A stretch of 55,547 nt of DNA from a virus. Lineage: Duplodnaviria; Caudoviricetes. This document shows, piece after piece, positions 8,504 to 18,800 of this stretch; position 1 is the stretch's first letter; every line of letters begins with the position of its first letter. The stretch is from IMG/VR virus record IMGVR_UViG_3300037961_002849, positions 1 through 55,547 of that record; one strand, written 5' to 3'. The translations under genes and the position numbers were made by a program. The notes below the pieces were generated by a model. It was not told the DNA's origin. It saw nothing but the letters and a program-made list of their open reading frames with translations, and searched no databases.

Positions 8504-8825
8504 GATAGAAGATACCTTGTACCTTTTGTTATGTTTTGCGTGGGGGATGGAGAGAGTCAGCTCTGTCCCCCCAATATACAGCGCCAAAAGGGCAGGCAAG
8601 GAAGTGTCGTTTACCATAGACATCATAAAACATGACGACAAAACAATAACGCTCAGTAAAAAAGGAGAATCTGATTACCGGGTAATCATAATACCTAACA
8701 AAGTTGGAGACAACCTAATCTTGCTAGAAAGCAAAGATGTTAGGGGCAGAGATGCCATGACCTTTCAAGAGCTTGCACCACTGATTAAGTACAAAGAAAG
8801 AATCGAATTTAAAGATGGAGTATAA
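8487..8825 (+). CDS. Hypothetical protein (start uncertain)
   Basis: ORF with a strong hairpin at 8541-8571 in its 5' part. Confidence 0.5.
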   Translation: MISRSKIEDTLYLLLCFAWGMERVSSVPPIYSAKRAGKEVSFTIDIIKHDDKTITLSKKGESDYRVIIIPNKVGDNLILLESKDVRGRDAMTFQELAPLIKYKERIEFKDGV

Positions 8826-9165
8826 TTTAGAAGACACCCCCGAATACTACATAGGAGAGCATAAGGGTATTGAGGCTATGGATGTGGTCTTAGATTTTCA
8901 GAGGAATAATTATAATATAGGGACAGCACTTACCTACTTGATGAGGGCTGGGAACAAGCCCGATAATCCAATGAAACAAGACATCATAAAAGCAATAGTA
9001 CACCTAAAAAAAGAACTCGACCTTATCGACTATGAAAGTAACAATATATCAATCAATAACAGACACCAAGAATCCATTTCATATCCCTATTGGTACAGCA
9101 CTCGAACGGATAAAGCACGGGAAGAGCAAGGACATAATAGAGAAGATAAGGGACACGGGGAATAA
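8815..9165 (+). CDS. DUF3310 (T7 gp1.7-like nucleotide kinase family) protein
   Basis: YY...GIEAMDV...YNIGTALTYLMRAGNK...DIIKA pattern. Confidence 0.75.
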   Translation: MEYNLEDTPEYYIGEHKGIEAMDVVLDFQRNNYNIGTALTYLMRAGNKPDNPMKQDIIKAIVHLKKELDLIDYESNNISINNRHQESISYPYWYSTRTDKAREEQGHNREDKGHGE

Positions 9166-10867
9166 AGATTATAAGATATCCCTGCCAGCGGTATTGTTTA
9201 GTGGTGTGTTTGAAGAACGCAAAGACTCGGGCATAAAGCAACACAGCGGGTTCTTGGTCCTAGACATTGACGACCTCAGCGATCCTTCTGAAACAAAAAA
9301 CACTTTGTCTCTAGACTCATACACTTATGCATGCTGGATATCACCTAGCGGTAAGGGGGTTAAGTCACTAGTAAGAATCAACGACAGCGCCCGTCATCGG
9401 GAACACTTCTTTGCCATAGAGAAATACTACCAAAAGAATTACTTGATTGATGTTGACCCCACCGGCAAGAATATATCAAGAGCCTGCTACGAAAGCTATG
9501 ACCCCGAGCTGTATCTAAACGAAGACAGCGAAGTCTTTACCGCTTTTGTTAGTGAAGAGAAAAAAGAAACCAAGCCCAAGCAAGAGGTAGTAAAGCCTCA
9601 AGAGTATACTGACTACAACAAGCTGAACATTGCAGCGTCAATGATTCGTAATGCTGCGGACGGCGAGAAACACCATGCCCTTTACAATGCCTCGAGATTA
9701 TGTGGCGGGTATATCGCAGGCGGGAGGATGCTTGAGGATGAAGCAATTCGGGTGTTGGAATATGAGATATCTCTAAGGGACATCAAAGATTTTGAGCATG
9801 CAAAGAGGACTATAAAAGATGGCATCAACGAGGGCAAGGGCATGCCTATCCACGAGGTGCTTACCTTTGAGAAAACCGAGCAAAGAAAGCAGCGCATAAA
9901 GGATGGGGACATGAAGTTCATAGCCCCTACTGACGATGACTTTAAATGGATTGAAGACTTTGCTAACGGCAAGATCGAGCTGGGCCTCACAACGGGGAGC
10001 GAAACACTAAACAAATTCTTTAGATACAAGAGAGAGTTTACTATACTCAACGGGCACAGCAACGTGGGTAAGACAACCTTTTGCTTGTTCCTAATGGCTA
10101 ACGCCAGCATACAGCATGATTGGAGGTGGTGTGTGTACAGCTCAGAGAACACTACGGCCAGCACGAAGATGAGGCTGATGGAGTTTGTTACCGATAGGAA
10201 AGTACATCGGATGAACAACAAGGAGCTAGCGAGCGCATACAGCTGGGTAAACAAACACTTCATCTTCTTTAGCAATAGAGACATGTATTCTTTCCACGAC
10301 ATTCTAGCTTTCACTGACAAGGTGCGTGAGAGCCAGCATATAGATGCCCTATTCATCGACCCCTACAACTCACTAAAGATTGAGATGGGTCAGCACTCTA
10401 AGATAGGTGTTCATGAGTACCACTACGAAGCGGCATCAGAGCTATTAAATTACAGCGTCAATAATGAACTCGCAATTTGGTTAAACACTCACGCTGTAAC
10501 TGAGGCGCAACGACGCAAGGACCCGGAAGGATATCCTATCGCGCCTTATGCTGAGGACAGTGAGCACGGTGGCAAGTGGGTCAACCGCTGTTCCTGCTTC
10601 CTCACGATACATAGAAAGGTCCAGCACCACGACCCTATAGTACGCAAGACAACAGAGCTGCATGTGCGGAAGGTTAGGATTGTTGAAACCGGAGGTGCAC
10701 CTACTCCTCTTTATGAGCCCATTGAATTTCAAATGAATATCACCAACACCGGATTCTATTGCACGAAGGATAACGGCAAAAAAATATTCAAGCCTATCAG
10801 CGAGGAATTCGAAACGTACATTCCTCCAAGTAGCAGTGAGGAAGCATTTGATTTATCAGACATATGA
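9032..10867 (+). CDS. Primase-helicase: VirE_N/BT4734-like N-terminal domain plus DnaB-like helicase
   Basis: LPAVLFSG, HSGFLVLDIDD, ISPSGKGVK and SYDP motifs; Walker A GHSNVGKT; Walker B LFIDPYN. Confidence 0.85.
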   Translation: MKVTIYQSITDTKNPFHIPIGTALERIKHGKSKDIIEKIRDTGNKDYKISLPAVLFSGVFEERKDSGIKQHSGFLVLDIDDLSDPSETKNTLSLDSYTYACWISPSGKGVKSLVRINDSARHREHFFAIEKYYQKNYLIDVDPTGKNISRACYESYDPELYLNEDSEVFTAFVSEEKKETKPKQEVVKPQEYTDYNKLNIAASMIRNAADGEKHHALYNASRLCGGYIAGGRMLEDEAIRVLEYEISLRDIKDFEHAKRTIKDGINEGKGMPIHEVLTFEKTEQRKQRIKDGDMKFIAPTDDDFKWIEDFANGKIELGLTTGSETLNKFFRYKREFTILNGHSNVGKTTFCLFLMANASIQHDWRWCVYSSENTTASTKMRLMEFVTDRKVHRMNNKELASAYSWVNKHFIFFSNRDMYSFHDILAFTDKVRESQHIDALFIDPYNSLKIEMGQHSKIGVHEYHYEAASELLNYSVNNELAIWLNTHAVTEAQRRKDPEGYPIAPYAEDSEHGGKWVNRCSCFLTIHRKVQHHDPIVRKTTELHVRKVRIVETGGAPTPLYEPIEFQMNITNTGFYCTKDNGKKIFKPISEEFETYIPPSSSEEAFDLSDI

Positions 10868-11316
10868 GAAGGAAAAAGAGAACGGGCGCAGTAAAGAATG
10901 TCCGCAAGGCAACATATGACGGCATAACATTTCAGTCTAGACTAGAGCTTTATTGTTACAAGAAGTTGAAGTCTGCAAAGATTTCTTTTAAATATGAGGG
11001 GCAAACCTTTGAGGTGCTCGAACCTTTTAGACACGAGGGATTCTATGGGAAGAAAGCATCTAGGGGGTTCAGCTTGAAAGAAAACAAACTGATCAGAGCG
11101 GTCACTTATACACCAGACTTTGTCTCTCACGATCATGGGTTTGTCATAGAAACTAAGGGGTTCGTGCCATCGAACCACAGCTTTACGCTTAGATTCAAGA
11201 TGTTTCTTTATTGGCTGAAGAACAATTCTATGGGGGGATATGATGTTTACATACCCCGAAACCAGAAGGAAGTAGACGAGGTTATACAACACATTGTTAA
11301 TAAGATATCGAGTTAA
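10864..11316 (+). CDS. PD-(D/E)XK endonuclease, T7 endonuclease I/DUF1064-like (possible resolvase)
   Basis: YDGITFQSRLE, TYTPDF and IETKG motifs. Confidence 0.8.
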   Translation: MRRKKRTGAVKNVRKATYDGITFQSRLELYCYKKLKSAKISFKYEGQTFEVLEPFRHEGFYGKKASRGFSLKENKLIRAVTYTPDFVSHDHGFVIETKGFVPSNHSFTLRFKMFLYWLKNNSMGGYDVYIPRNQKEVDEVIQHIVNKISS

Positions 11317-11366
11317 ACAGAGGGATGGTGCGCGGTTTGTTTTAATTTAAGGAAAACGAAACAGCC

Positions 11367-11576
11367 GTGGATTCGAAAGAACTTTCCAGATTATATTACA
11401 ACGCTTGTGAAAATGCTCATAGAGAAATCGATGAGCTGTACGAAGCCTGCCATTCGGCTCAAGGGAAACCAAATGTAGATACAGAAAAAATAATACAACT
11501 TCTACAGAGAGTAAATCAAAAGGTAAGGATAGAACTTGATTTAATAAAAACGGCTGTCATAGAATATCACGAATGA
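11367..11576 (+). CDS. Hypothetical protein
   Basis: GTG-start ORF coupled to the next gene. Confidence 0.55.
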   Translation: MDSKELSRLYYNACENAHREIDELYEACHSAQGKPNVDTEKIIQLLQRVNQKVRIELDLIKTAVIEYHE

Positions 11577-11926
11577 CAGACCACGCCACGCACCGCTGCA
11601 GTAAATGCAAGGAAGTTAAACCTAAACATCAATTCCATAAAAGCAACACCCACTCTGCGGGAGTTCAGCGGTATTGCAAGGGGTGTAAGAAAAAGATAGA
11701 CAGCAAAGGGCACGGGAAGTACAAGGGTAAATATGCCGTGTACTACCTACCAAAACACAACTACATTGGAATGTCAAAGAACTTGACAAAGAGAATGCAG
11801 AAGCATAGAAAGCGTGGCAAAAATACCACGGGATTCAGAGTGTTAATCGCAACAAAAAATGCAAAACTTGCACATACAATAGAAAGTCTTTTTCATATTC
11901 TAGGTTTTAAAGGTTTTAGATATTAA
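11573..11926 (+). CDS. Zn-finger (CxxC...CxxC) plus GIY-YIG-like nuclease
   Basis: CSKC and CKGC, then AVYYL...YIGMSKNLTKRMQKH. Confidence 0.7.
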   Translation: MTDHATHRCSKCKEVKPKHQFHKSNTHSAGVQRYCKGCKKKIDSKGHGKYKGKYAVYYLPKHNYIGMSKNLTKRMQKHRKRGKNTTGFRVLIATKNAKLAHTIESLFHILGFKGFRY

Positions 11927-12390
11927 TCATAATCAATGTAAGTAATACTTACTTCTCCCCCTTCTTCAAGCTCCTTAGCAATCGCCGGATAGATTCTCTT
12001 ATACGCACTAACGCTAGAGCCAATGAATCCATCACTACTACCAAAGTTTGTTTTCTGAGTATCACCAACAAGAAGACACCCAGCAGTGTGCTCATCAGTA
12101 TTACCAGTGTGAATAAGAATGTACTCAAAGTTAGGTACATCACGAACCCATAGCATTCCCTTGTGCATCTCGCCATACTTAGCTGTATATCTGCTATGAA
12201 ATCCTCCAGTAGTACGAAGCGTAACCTTGTAAGTTCCTGCCGGGACTCTAGTCTCTGACATAACCTTTACACTTCTGTGCTCATCCTCTAACGTATAGCA
12301 TAAGAACTTACGCTCCCCACCGCTAACATCAAACAACAATCCGTTTGTGCTGTCTGATTCACTACTAAATCTTAAAACTTCTAGCTCCAT
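11923..12390 (-). CDS. DUF5675 protein (L,D-transpeptidase-like, putative endolysin)
   Basis: CYTLED, VPAGTY and ILIHTGNT...TAGCLLVG motifs. Next to a holin-like gene. Confidence 0.8.
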   Translation of the reverse strand: MELEVLRFSSESDSTNGLLFDVSGGERKFLCYTLEDEHRSVKVMSETRVPAGTYKVTLRTTGGFHSRYTAKYGEMHKGMLWVRDVPNFEYILIHTGNTDEHTAGCLLVGDTQKTNFGSSDGFIGSSVSAYKRIYPAIAKELEEGGEVSITYIDYD

Positions 12391-12842
12391 TATTTATCAC
12401 TTTTAACTGCTGCCCCAAAGTAATATCCAAAGATCGAAAGGGCAACCCCCTCAACAATACCTATGAGGTGAATGAATATCTCTTTGTTTGTAGCGGGGAC
12501 CTCCAGGAAAACAATTGATAGTACCAAGAACCCAAACGCCGCCAAGCCGACAAGGCCAGTGACATTAAACAACCAATCCTTAGCTCCAGCCTTGATCATG
12601 TCTGACTGACGCTTGCGTGCGCTATCACGATCCGCAACTTCTAGCTTATAGATATCCATCAGTTGATTGTTCAACTCTTGCTTTTCCTCTGGGCTTATCG
12701 GAGTTATATCTGGGTCATCAATCAATCTCTTAACGATGCCCAACGCTCCTTGGTCTGGGAGTAAATCACCTACTACATCTAAAACCTTTGGGGCCTTTTC
12801 TTTTAGAAGCTTCCCCAGCTTCATGTTCTTAATCTTATCCAT
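12390..12842 (-). CDS. Putative holin
   Basis: Two C-terminal hydrophobic helices, DRDSAR and IFGYYFG motifs. Confidence 0.65.
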   Translation of the reverse strand: MDKIKNMKLGKLLKEKAPKVLDVVGDLLPDQGALGIVKRLIDDPDITPISPEEKQELNNQLMDIYKLEVADRDSARKRQSDMIKAGAKDWLFNVTGLVGLAAFGFLVLSIVFLEVPATNKEIFIHLIGIVEGVALSIFGYYFGAAVKSDK

Positions 12843-12843
12843 C

Positions 12844-15800
12844 TTAGTTATCTTCTAAATCCAAAAAATAATTTCTAACAATACCGTCTCTGTATGCTCT
12901 CCAAGGATAGACACCGCCAGTATAAGTTCCGCGAGAGTGTCTGTTGTATATGGACTTGAGCGCAGATATTTTCTGAGAGTTGTTCATCTTTTGATAAGCA
13001 GGGCTAGTAACAAGTCTTTTTACATCTTTATACCGAGCTTGACCAAATGATTTCATCATAGCATGAGCGTCCTTAGGCATTATAGATATGTAGTTAGGCT
13101 CATTAACATTAAGCCCATAGTAAGCAGACTCCTGCTTGGTAAGTAATATTTTTAGTTTACCTACCGCTGAAGGGTATCCCGGAATTACATCAGTATCTCC
13201 CGTCTCTTTAAACAAGTTGTATATGTCGATCTTAACCGGGTCTTTTGAGCTTATTCTAGATTTGAATACTCCAAAAGTATTGTACAACCAAGGGTACTCT
13301 TTGTCGCTATCAAAGAAAAGAGAGCCTCCGCCTTCTGGAGTTTGAGTTATAGACTCACCCCAAATGTTTACTCTAGGCACAACGGACTCTCCTAGACCAA
13401 AGAAGTTGAAGGTCTTATCTCGGAGTATGTTTTCCATTGAGTTGTCAATACCCGGGTTCGGATCTCTATAGTCGGGCAAGTACTCGCGTCCAGAGCGGTA
13501 GAATGCACTGAGTGAGTTAGGCAATACAACTGAGAATCCTGCACGCATGATGTTGTCTAAGTACTTGGTTAGCTGTCTCTCATTCGGGTCAGCCAACAAC
13601 TTAATAACCCCATCAATACCAGTCAAGAACGACTGGTCCATCATAGACCCTAAGACCCCGGGGACAACGCCCGTGATATCAGAAATGAAGTCCATAAAGT
13701 TATCAGAGCGGTTCAGTACCTTGGCGTCCATCTGAGCGTCACGCATCACAGCCTTAATACCTACAGCTTGAGCAGCTATAACAGCACCGCCCAGACCAAG
13801 CTTCTGATAGTTAAACCAAACATCATCTGCTTGAAGCGTTGGGTCTTCACCATTAATCAGCCTCTTGACACCGCTAATATTTATAGAGTTCGGAGGAGCA
13901 GTACTATACTTCATGTCTCTTTCCTTCTTTCCGTCCGCATCTATAGGGGTGGTGATCAACCCATCCTCCATCAACTTTTGAGTTGTTTTGTAAAGCAACC
14001 AGCTGATAAATGATTTGGCAAGAAGCTCAGAAAGCTCTCGGTCAGAAACCTTTTTCCCGCCTCTAATAGTTTTCTTTAGAACTAACGATAGCAATGGCAT
14101 AACCGGATGAGCAAGCTGTATACTCTGAGACAAGATATTCGCTGGTGTTTTTATATAAGGGATGTGCATACGCACCATAACACGGAAAGCGTTTTCCAAA
14201 AACGTACTTCTCTCGCCAAGAATATCAGATGCTTTAGCTATAGACTTATTTATAGCTGTGGCAAATTGGTTATCCTCTTGGAAGGTAACTCTTAGTCCTG
14301 CCTTTTCAGCTCTAGCCTTATACTCTTCATTAGGATATTTTAAGAATCTGTTTAGCTCTTCACCCTTCAGACCCAAAGACTTTCCTATACGATGAAGCTC
14401 ATAGCCCTCCATTAATCTATAGAAAGGCATATCACCAAACGCAAGCAGTCTAAACATGATATTAGCGGGACCACCGCCAACAGCCTCTAGGAATTTCTTA
14501 GCACGGAAATTAATCTCGTTTAACTTTGTGCCGTTCTTAACTGAATCCGGGAGCCTATCGCTGTTAGCTAGAATCATACCGAATGCTTTGATAGGAGCCA
14601 GCTGAAGCTGCATGTTGTATTCAAACTTATCATTAGCAATCGCCCTACCAATAGCACTTAGATAAGCTTCTCGAGCGCCAACTCCAAATTGCTTAGCCGC
14701 GTGTATTGCTGCTGGTATAGAAGGTGGCAGTGTAGCAAGAGAAGGGTCGACTTCTCTGCCCATAGATTTCTTAATGCCTCTGATAAGAACCTCAGCACCA
14801 TAGCCCAATGTCTTGTCAGCCAACATTATAGGAAGTGTAGCAAGGTTAGCGGTAATGTTTACCAGCTGAGAAACCGGGGTAAGAAGATTCCCTTGGATTA
14901 TCAACCCAATGAGCCTGCCCCAAGTCGTAGCAAAGTTTGTATTGAAGTCGTTAAGTTTACTGGTAGCTTCAGAAACTCTGTTTCTAGCATCTTCCAGTCT
15001 GTCTTCAATAGCTGGTATCTTGTTAGTCTCTGAGGTTTCTGACAGCTCCTTAATCAAAGACTGAACGTCTTGTTGCGCGTCGAACAACTCATCAACAATA
15101 CCCCCCATGGTTTCATACTCAGAATCAGATAGAGTTGTGCCGTTAGCCTCGTAGATATTGTCTACTAGATCTTTCATGCCTGCCGGGGTTTGCCCTTTAA
15201 CCTCAGCAAACTGGCGGAGCAACTGCCCCACAGCAGTACCCGTCTCAAAGAAACGCTTCAAGACAGCTCTGTATTCTTTTGTCTTCCCTTGATTCTGTAA
15301 TCTTTTTAAATATTCAAGTGTCGCTAGCACACGGAAGTCTCCACCAGCTAAAGAGCTCATCGCGTCGTTGATTACAGAAGGATTATCGCCATCAGAAATA
15401 GCGATATCTTTCATCTCAGCAAGCAACTCCTCAATAGACATTGTCTCTAGCTCAGATTTAATCTGATCGATCTTCTGAGGCTCATAGAACCTAGACATAT
15501 CTTCAGCTAAATCCTTTCTGATTGACGCCTCAAATGGGACGTTAGGGTCTAAGCTCTTGAACATCTTGCGAGCATGACGTCTTTCTTTTGTCTCTAGCCT
15601 AGCTCGATCACCGCTATCTACATACCATTCTGGGTAGAAGATACCGCCGGCTCTCTCAAATACTTGATCTTGAGCTTCATCGAAAGAAATGTTTCCGTCA
15701 GCATACTCTTGCCATATAGCACGAACGTCAGACTTGTTTTTCTTCTGAGCCTTAAATCCAGGCGTGAATAAAGTCCTAACGGCTTCCCAAGTAATAGACT

Positions 15801-18800
15801 GCATCTCTCTTGCGAGCAAGCCTTTTTGTTCTGCAGCATTACGATAAGCCTCAGCGTAAGCAAAGTATACACCTTTGATTCCAAGGTTAGAGCTACCAGC
15901 TTTAACATCGATAGCCGCAGTACCACCACCAAAGTTATGGAAGACCTCAGCGTCTGAGCCCGATAGAGGGAGAAGTTCTGCAGCAGCTACAGCATGAGTG
16001 TCTATGGTTACGTCTCCCGTGTCTGAGTTCGGGTCGTTGATGTTGTTAAAGAATGATCTCACTTTGTGCTGATCGCCTACTTTAGAATCAATGTTTTCCA
16101 TCGTGCCATCGATAGCGATAGAGGTAGCAGAGGAAATCTCAGCATAAGAACCCCAGGCCATTGTCTTCATCTCTCCATTAGCCTTCTTGCCATATCCAAT
16201 GCGCTCGCCAATAGGGCTGACGATGTGATAGTTGCGATCCTCAAACATCTCGTTATATGTACGCACGAACATCGCAGACTCCAAAGCAGCGTTATCGCCT
16301 TCAATTATTTCTCTTAGAGACTTGCCCACCATGCCTTGAAGCACAGCCTTTCTTTTTAAGTATGATTTGTAAGCCTCTTTAGTGGCCTTTCTTTTAAAGT
16401 CTTGCTGGTTTAGAATTTTATTCTTGACCTTCCGCATATTTCTCAGAGCGGTATTATACATAGACTTGCTAAACTCAGTGTCTTTCTGACTGCTCATCAC
16501 GCGCATCACTGACTCGCCAAGGGCGATGTTCTGATACCAATCCTTCTGAGGAGAAAGCGCAGCCAAGATACCCGCAGCCTGCTCTTGAGTATAGCCATAG
16601 CGAACAGCTAGGTCTTGAGCGGTAAGGTTTGCACCTACGTACCAAAGCTTTGAGTACTTCCTTACATCTTCGCTAAACGAATCATGAAGTTTGATTAAGT
16701 TTCTAGTAGCTCGGTCAACAAAAGTTTTGTAGATTTCATCTGCTCTGGTAATCTCTGCATCAGTGGGCTCGCGTTTGATGTCTAATTTTTTAGCATCCTT
16801 AATGTCCGACATGAAAGTGTGTGTAGACAAAATATAAGCACCACGAACATATACCTTAGGAGCAAACTCTTTGGTATACTCCATTGTAATTTGTCGAGAG
16901 CCGTCAAAGTTAGTGGTATTGTCAGCTGACGCAGAAGTGTTTCTAGCTGGTGATACTCTGCTTCCAGCCCCAACCTTATCTACAGCTTGTGCTACAATCT
17001 TATCATCTAGACGCGCGCGATTGCCGTTCTGCATGTAGTCAAGCTTATCTTTAAGAGACTGCAATATCTCTGCCTCTTGCTTAGCTCTTTGCTCAAATAT
17101 CCCTTGGAACCTAGTCTGAATGCTTTCGGGTTCAAACAGCGGAGTCTCAAATCTAGAAATCATATCCTTGAGTCCAGGCTCGTCTATGTTTTTAGTAAGC
17201 TCTTCTGCTATGACTCCAGCAGAAAAAGGTATAGATGAATTATCTCTATATGCGGCAAACAAACTGGTTCCGTCAACATAAGGAATCTGTATGCCATATC
17301 CGGACTGCGTCACTAAATCTCTAGCCGGATCTACTTCGATAGAGATAGGATTCACATCGGGGAGCCTTAGGTCTTCACGAAGATTATATCCATCTTTAGG
17401 CTTATGCAAAACATCATGCTGTGTTATTATCGCCTCGTCTTTTATTGTGGCATATTGAGGGATAAACTTGTTCTTTGTTCCCTCACTGACTTCGTTCTTA
17501 AAGAAAAGATTTCTAGCAATGGTACTTTCATTACCCATTAACATGTGGTTACTTTGATGACCGTCTATATCAAACACCTCGAACATCGGGAATCCGTTAA
17601 TGGTAGTTTGAGTTTTTGAGAAACCCACATTAAAGTCATGAAGATCTGGAGCAGCAATCCCAAGCTTTGCCATTGAACCAGTCATCTGCCAAATGTTCAT
17701 CGCATACCCTACGAGATCATCAATGGTCATTCTACCATCGCGCTCTGCTCTACCAATAGGATTATCAGCAGATCTTGTGAATCCATCTTTTTCAAGGATA
17801 TCGTTGAGTGCTCTAGAGGCCTCTTCGTCTTGCATCACTGCTAACAAATGCAAACCAACATTTTCGGTTTTTGCTATATCTATAGCGGTTTCGTAGATGT
17901 CTCCTGGACTTGGACCAATAGTCTCTACTAGACTAAATGACTTGTAGTAAACATCATGAATAGCTCTAACAATAAGTCTATAAATATCTTGAGCAGTGAC
18001 ATCTACGCCTCTATCAAACTTATCTGTTTTAATATCTACGTAATCCTTTGTAACAAACACGTGAGAGCCAGTGCCCATAAACGTATCAGCAGCATCTAAG
18101 AACATCGCGCCCATCCCATGATACTTAGCAAGCCCAGGGAGCTTTCCATTATACTTGTTTAAGTATATGGCCGATATCTGAGACTCTCTTAAACTCCTTG
18201 TTTGTTTAACTACTGTTTTACCGTCAAGTGTTTCAACCTCATAGGCGACTCCATAAGCACCATCACCGAGCCTTCTAACCTTAGAGATAGCCATGCCTTG
18301 AGACAGCATATACTCTTCAAGCCTAGCTCTATTAGCGGTAGTTGGTGTGCTCTTTTGTTCTGCCGATTGAGCGCTTTCAACACGGTACTCATTTATAATT
18401 TCTTGTATTTTTTCACTAACCCGCCCTCGATAATCTATAAAGTCGTCGCCGTTTACAGCAAGTCTAAAAGCCTTGGATGAGGTTGACTCATCAACAAAGA
18501 AAAGCCTATTGTGCATTACCCGCATGAACCTATTGTCTTGCTCAGAGTGCATAAGATTAACAACACCCAGGGTGTCTAGTATTTTTCTTATGGCATCTGA
18601 ACCCGGCTCACCAACAGACTCAGCATCCGATATAGATACACCTTCGGCGTCAAGGATAGACTTTATCATTGTTGGTGTGATAATATCCAACCCTGCCTGC
18701 TCGTAAAAATATTTTGCTGAAAACTTGTTCTCGCTAGGACCATCTGAATAAAAGACATCTGTTGATGATTCTTCGCGAATGTTTCTTGATGCAGTATTAA

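Noticed and set aside
9032-9165. 134-nt overlap of DUF3310 with the primase-helicase as a possible programmed frameshift
   Set aside because: The DUF3310 domain ends before the overlap, the primase has its own ATG, and no slippery site was evident.
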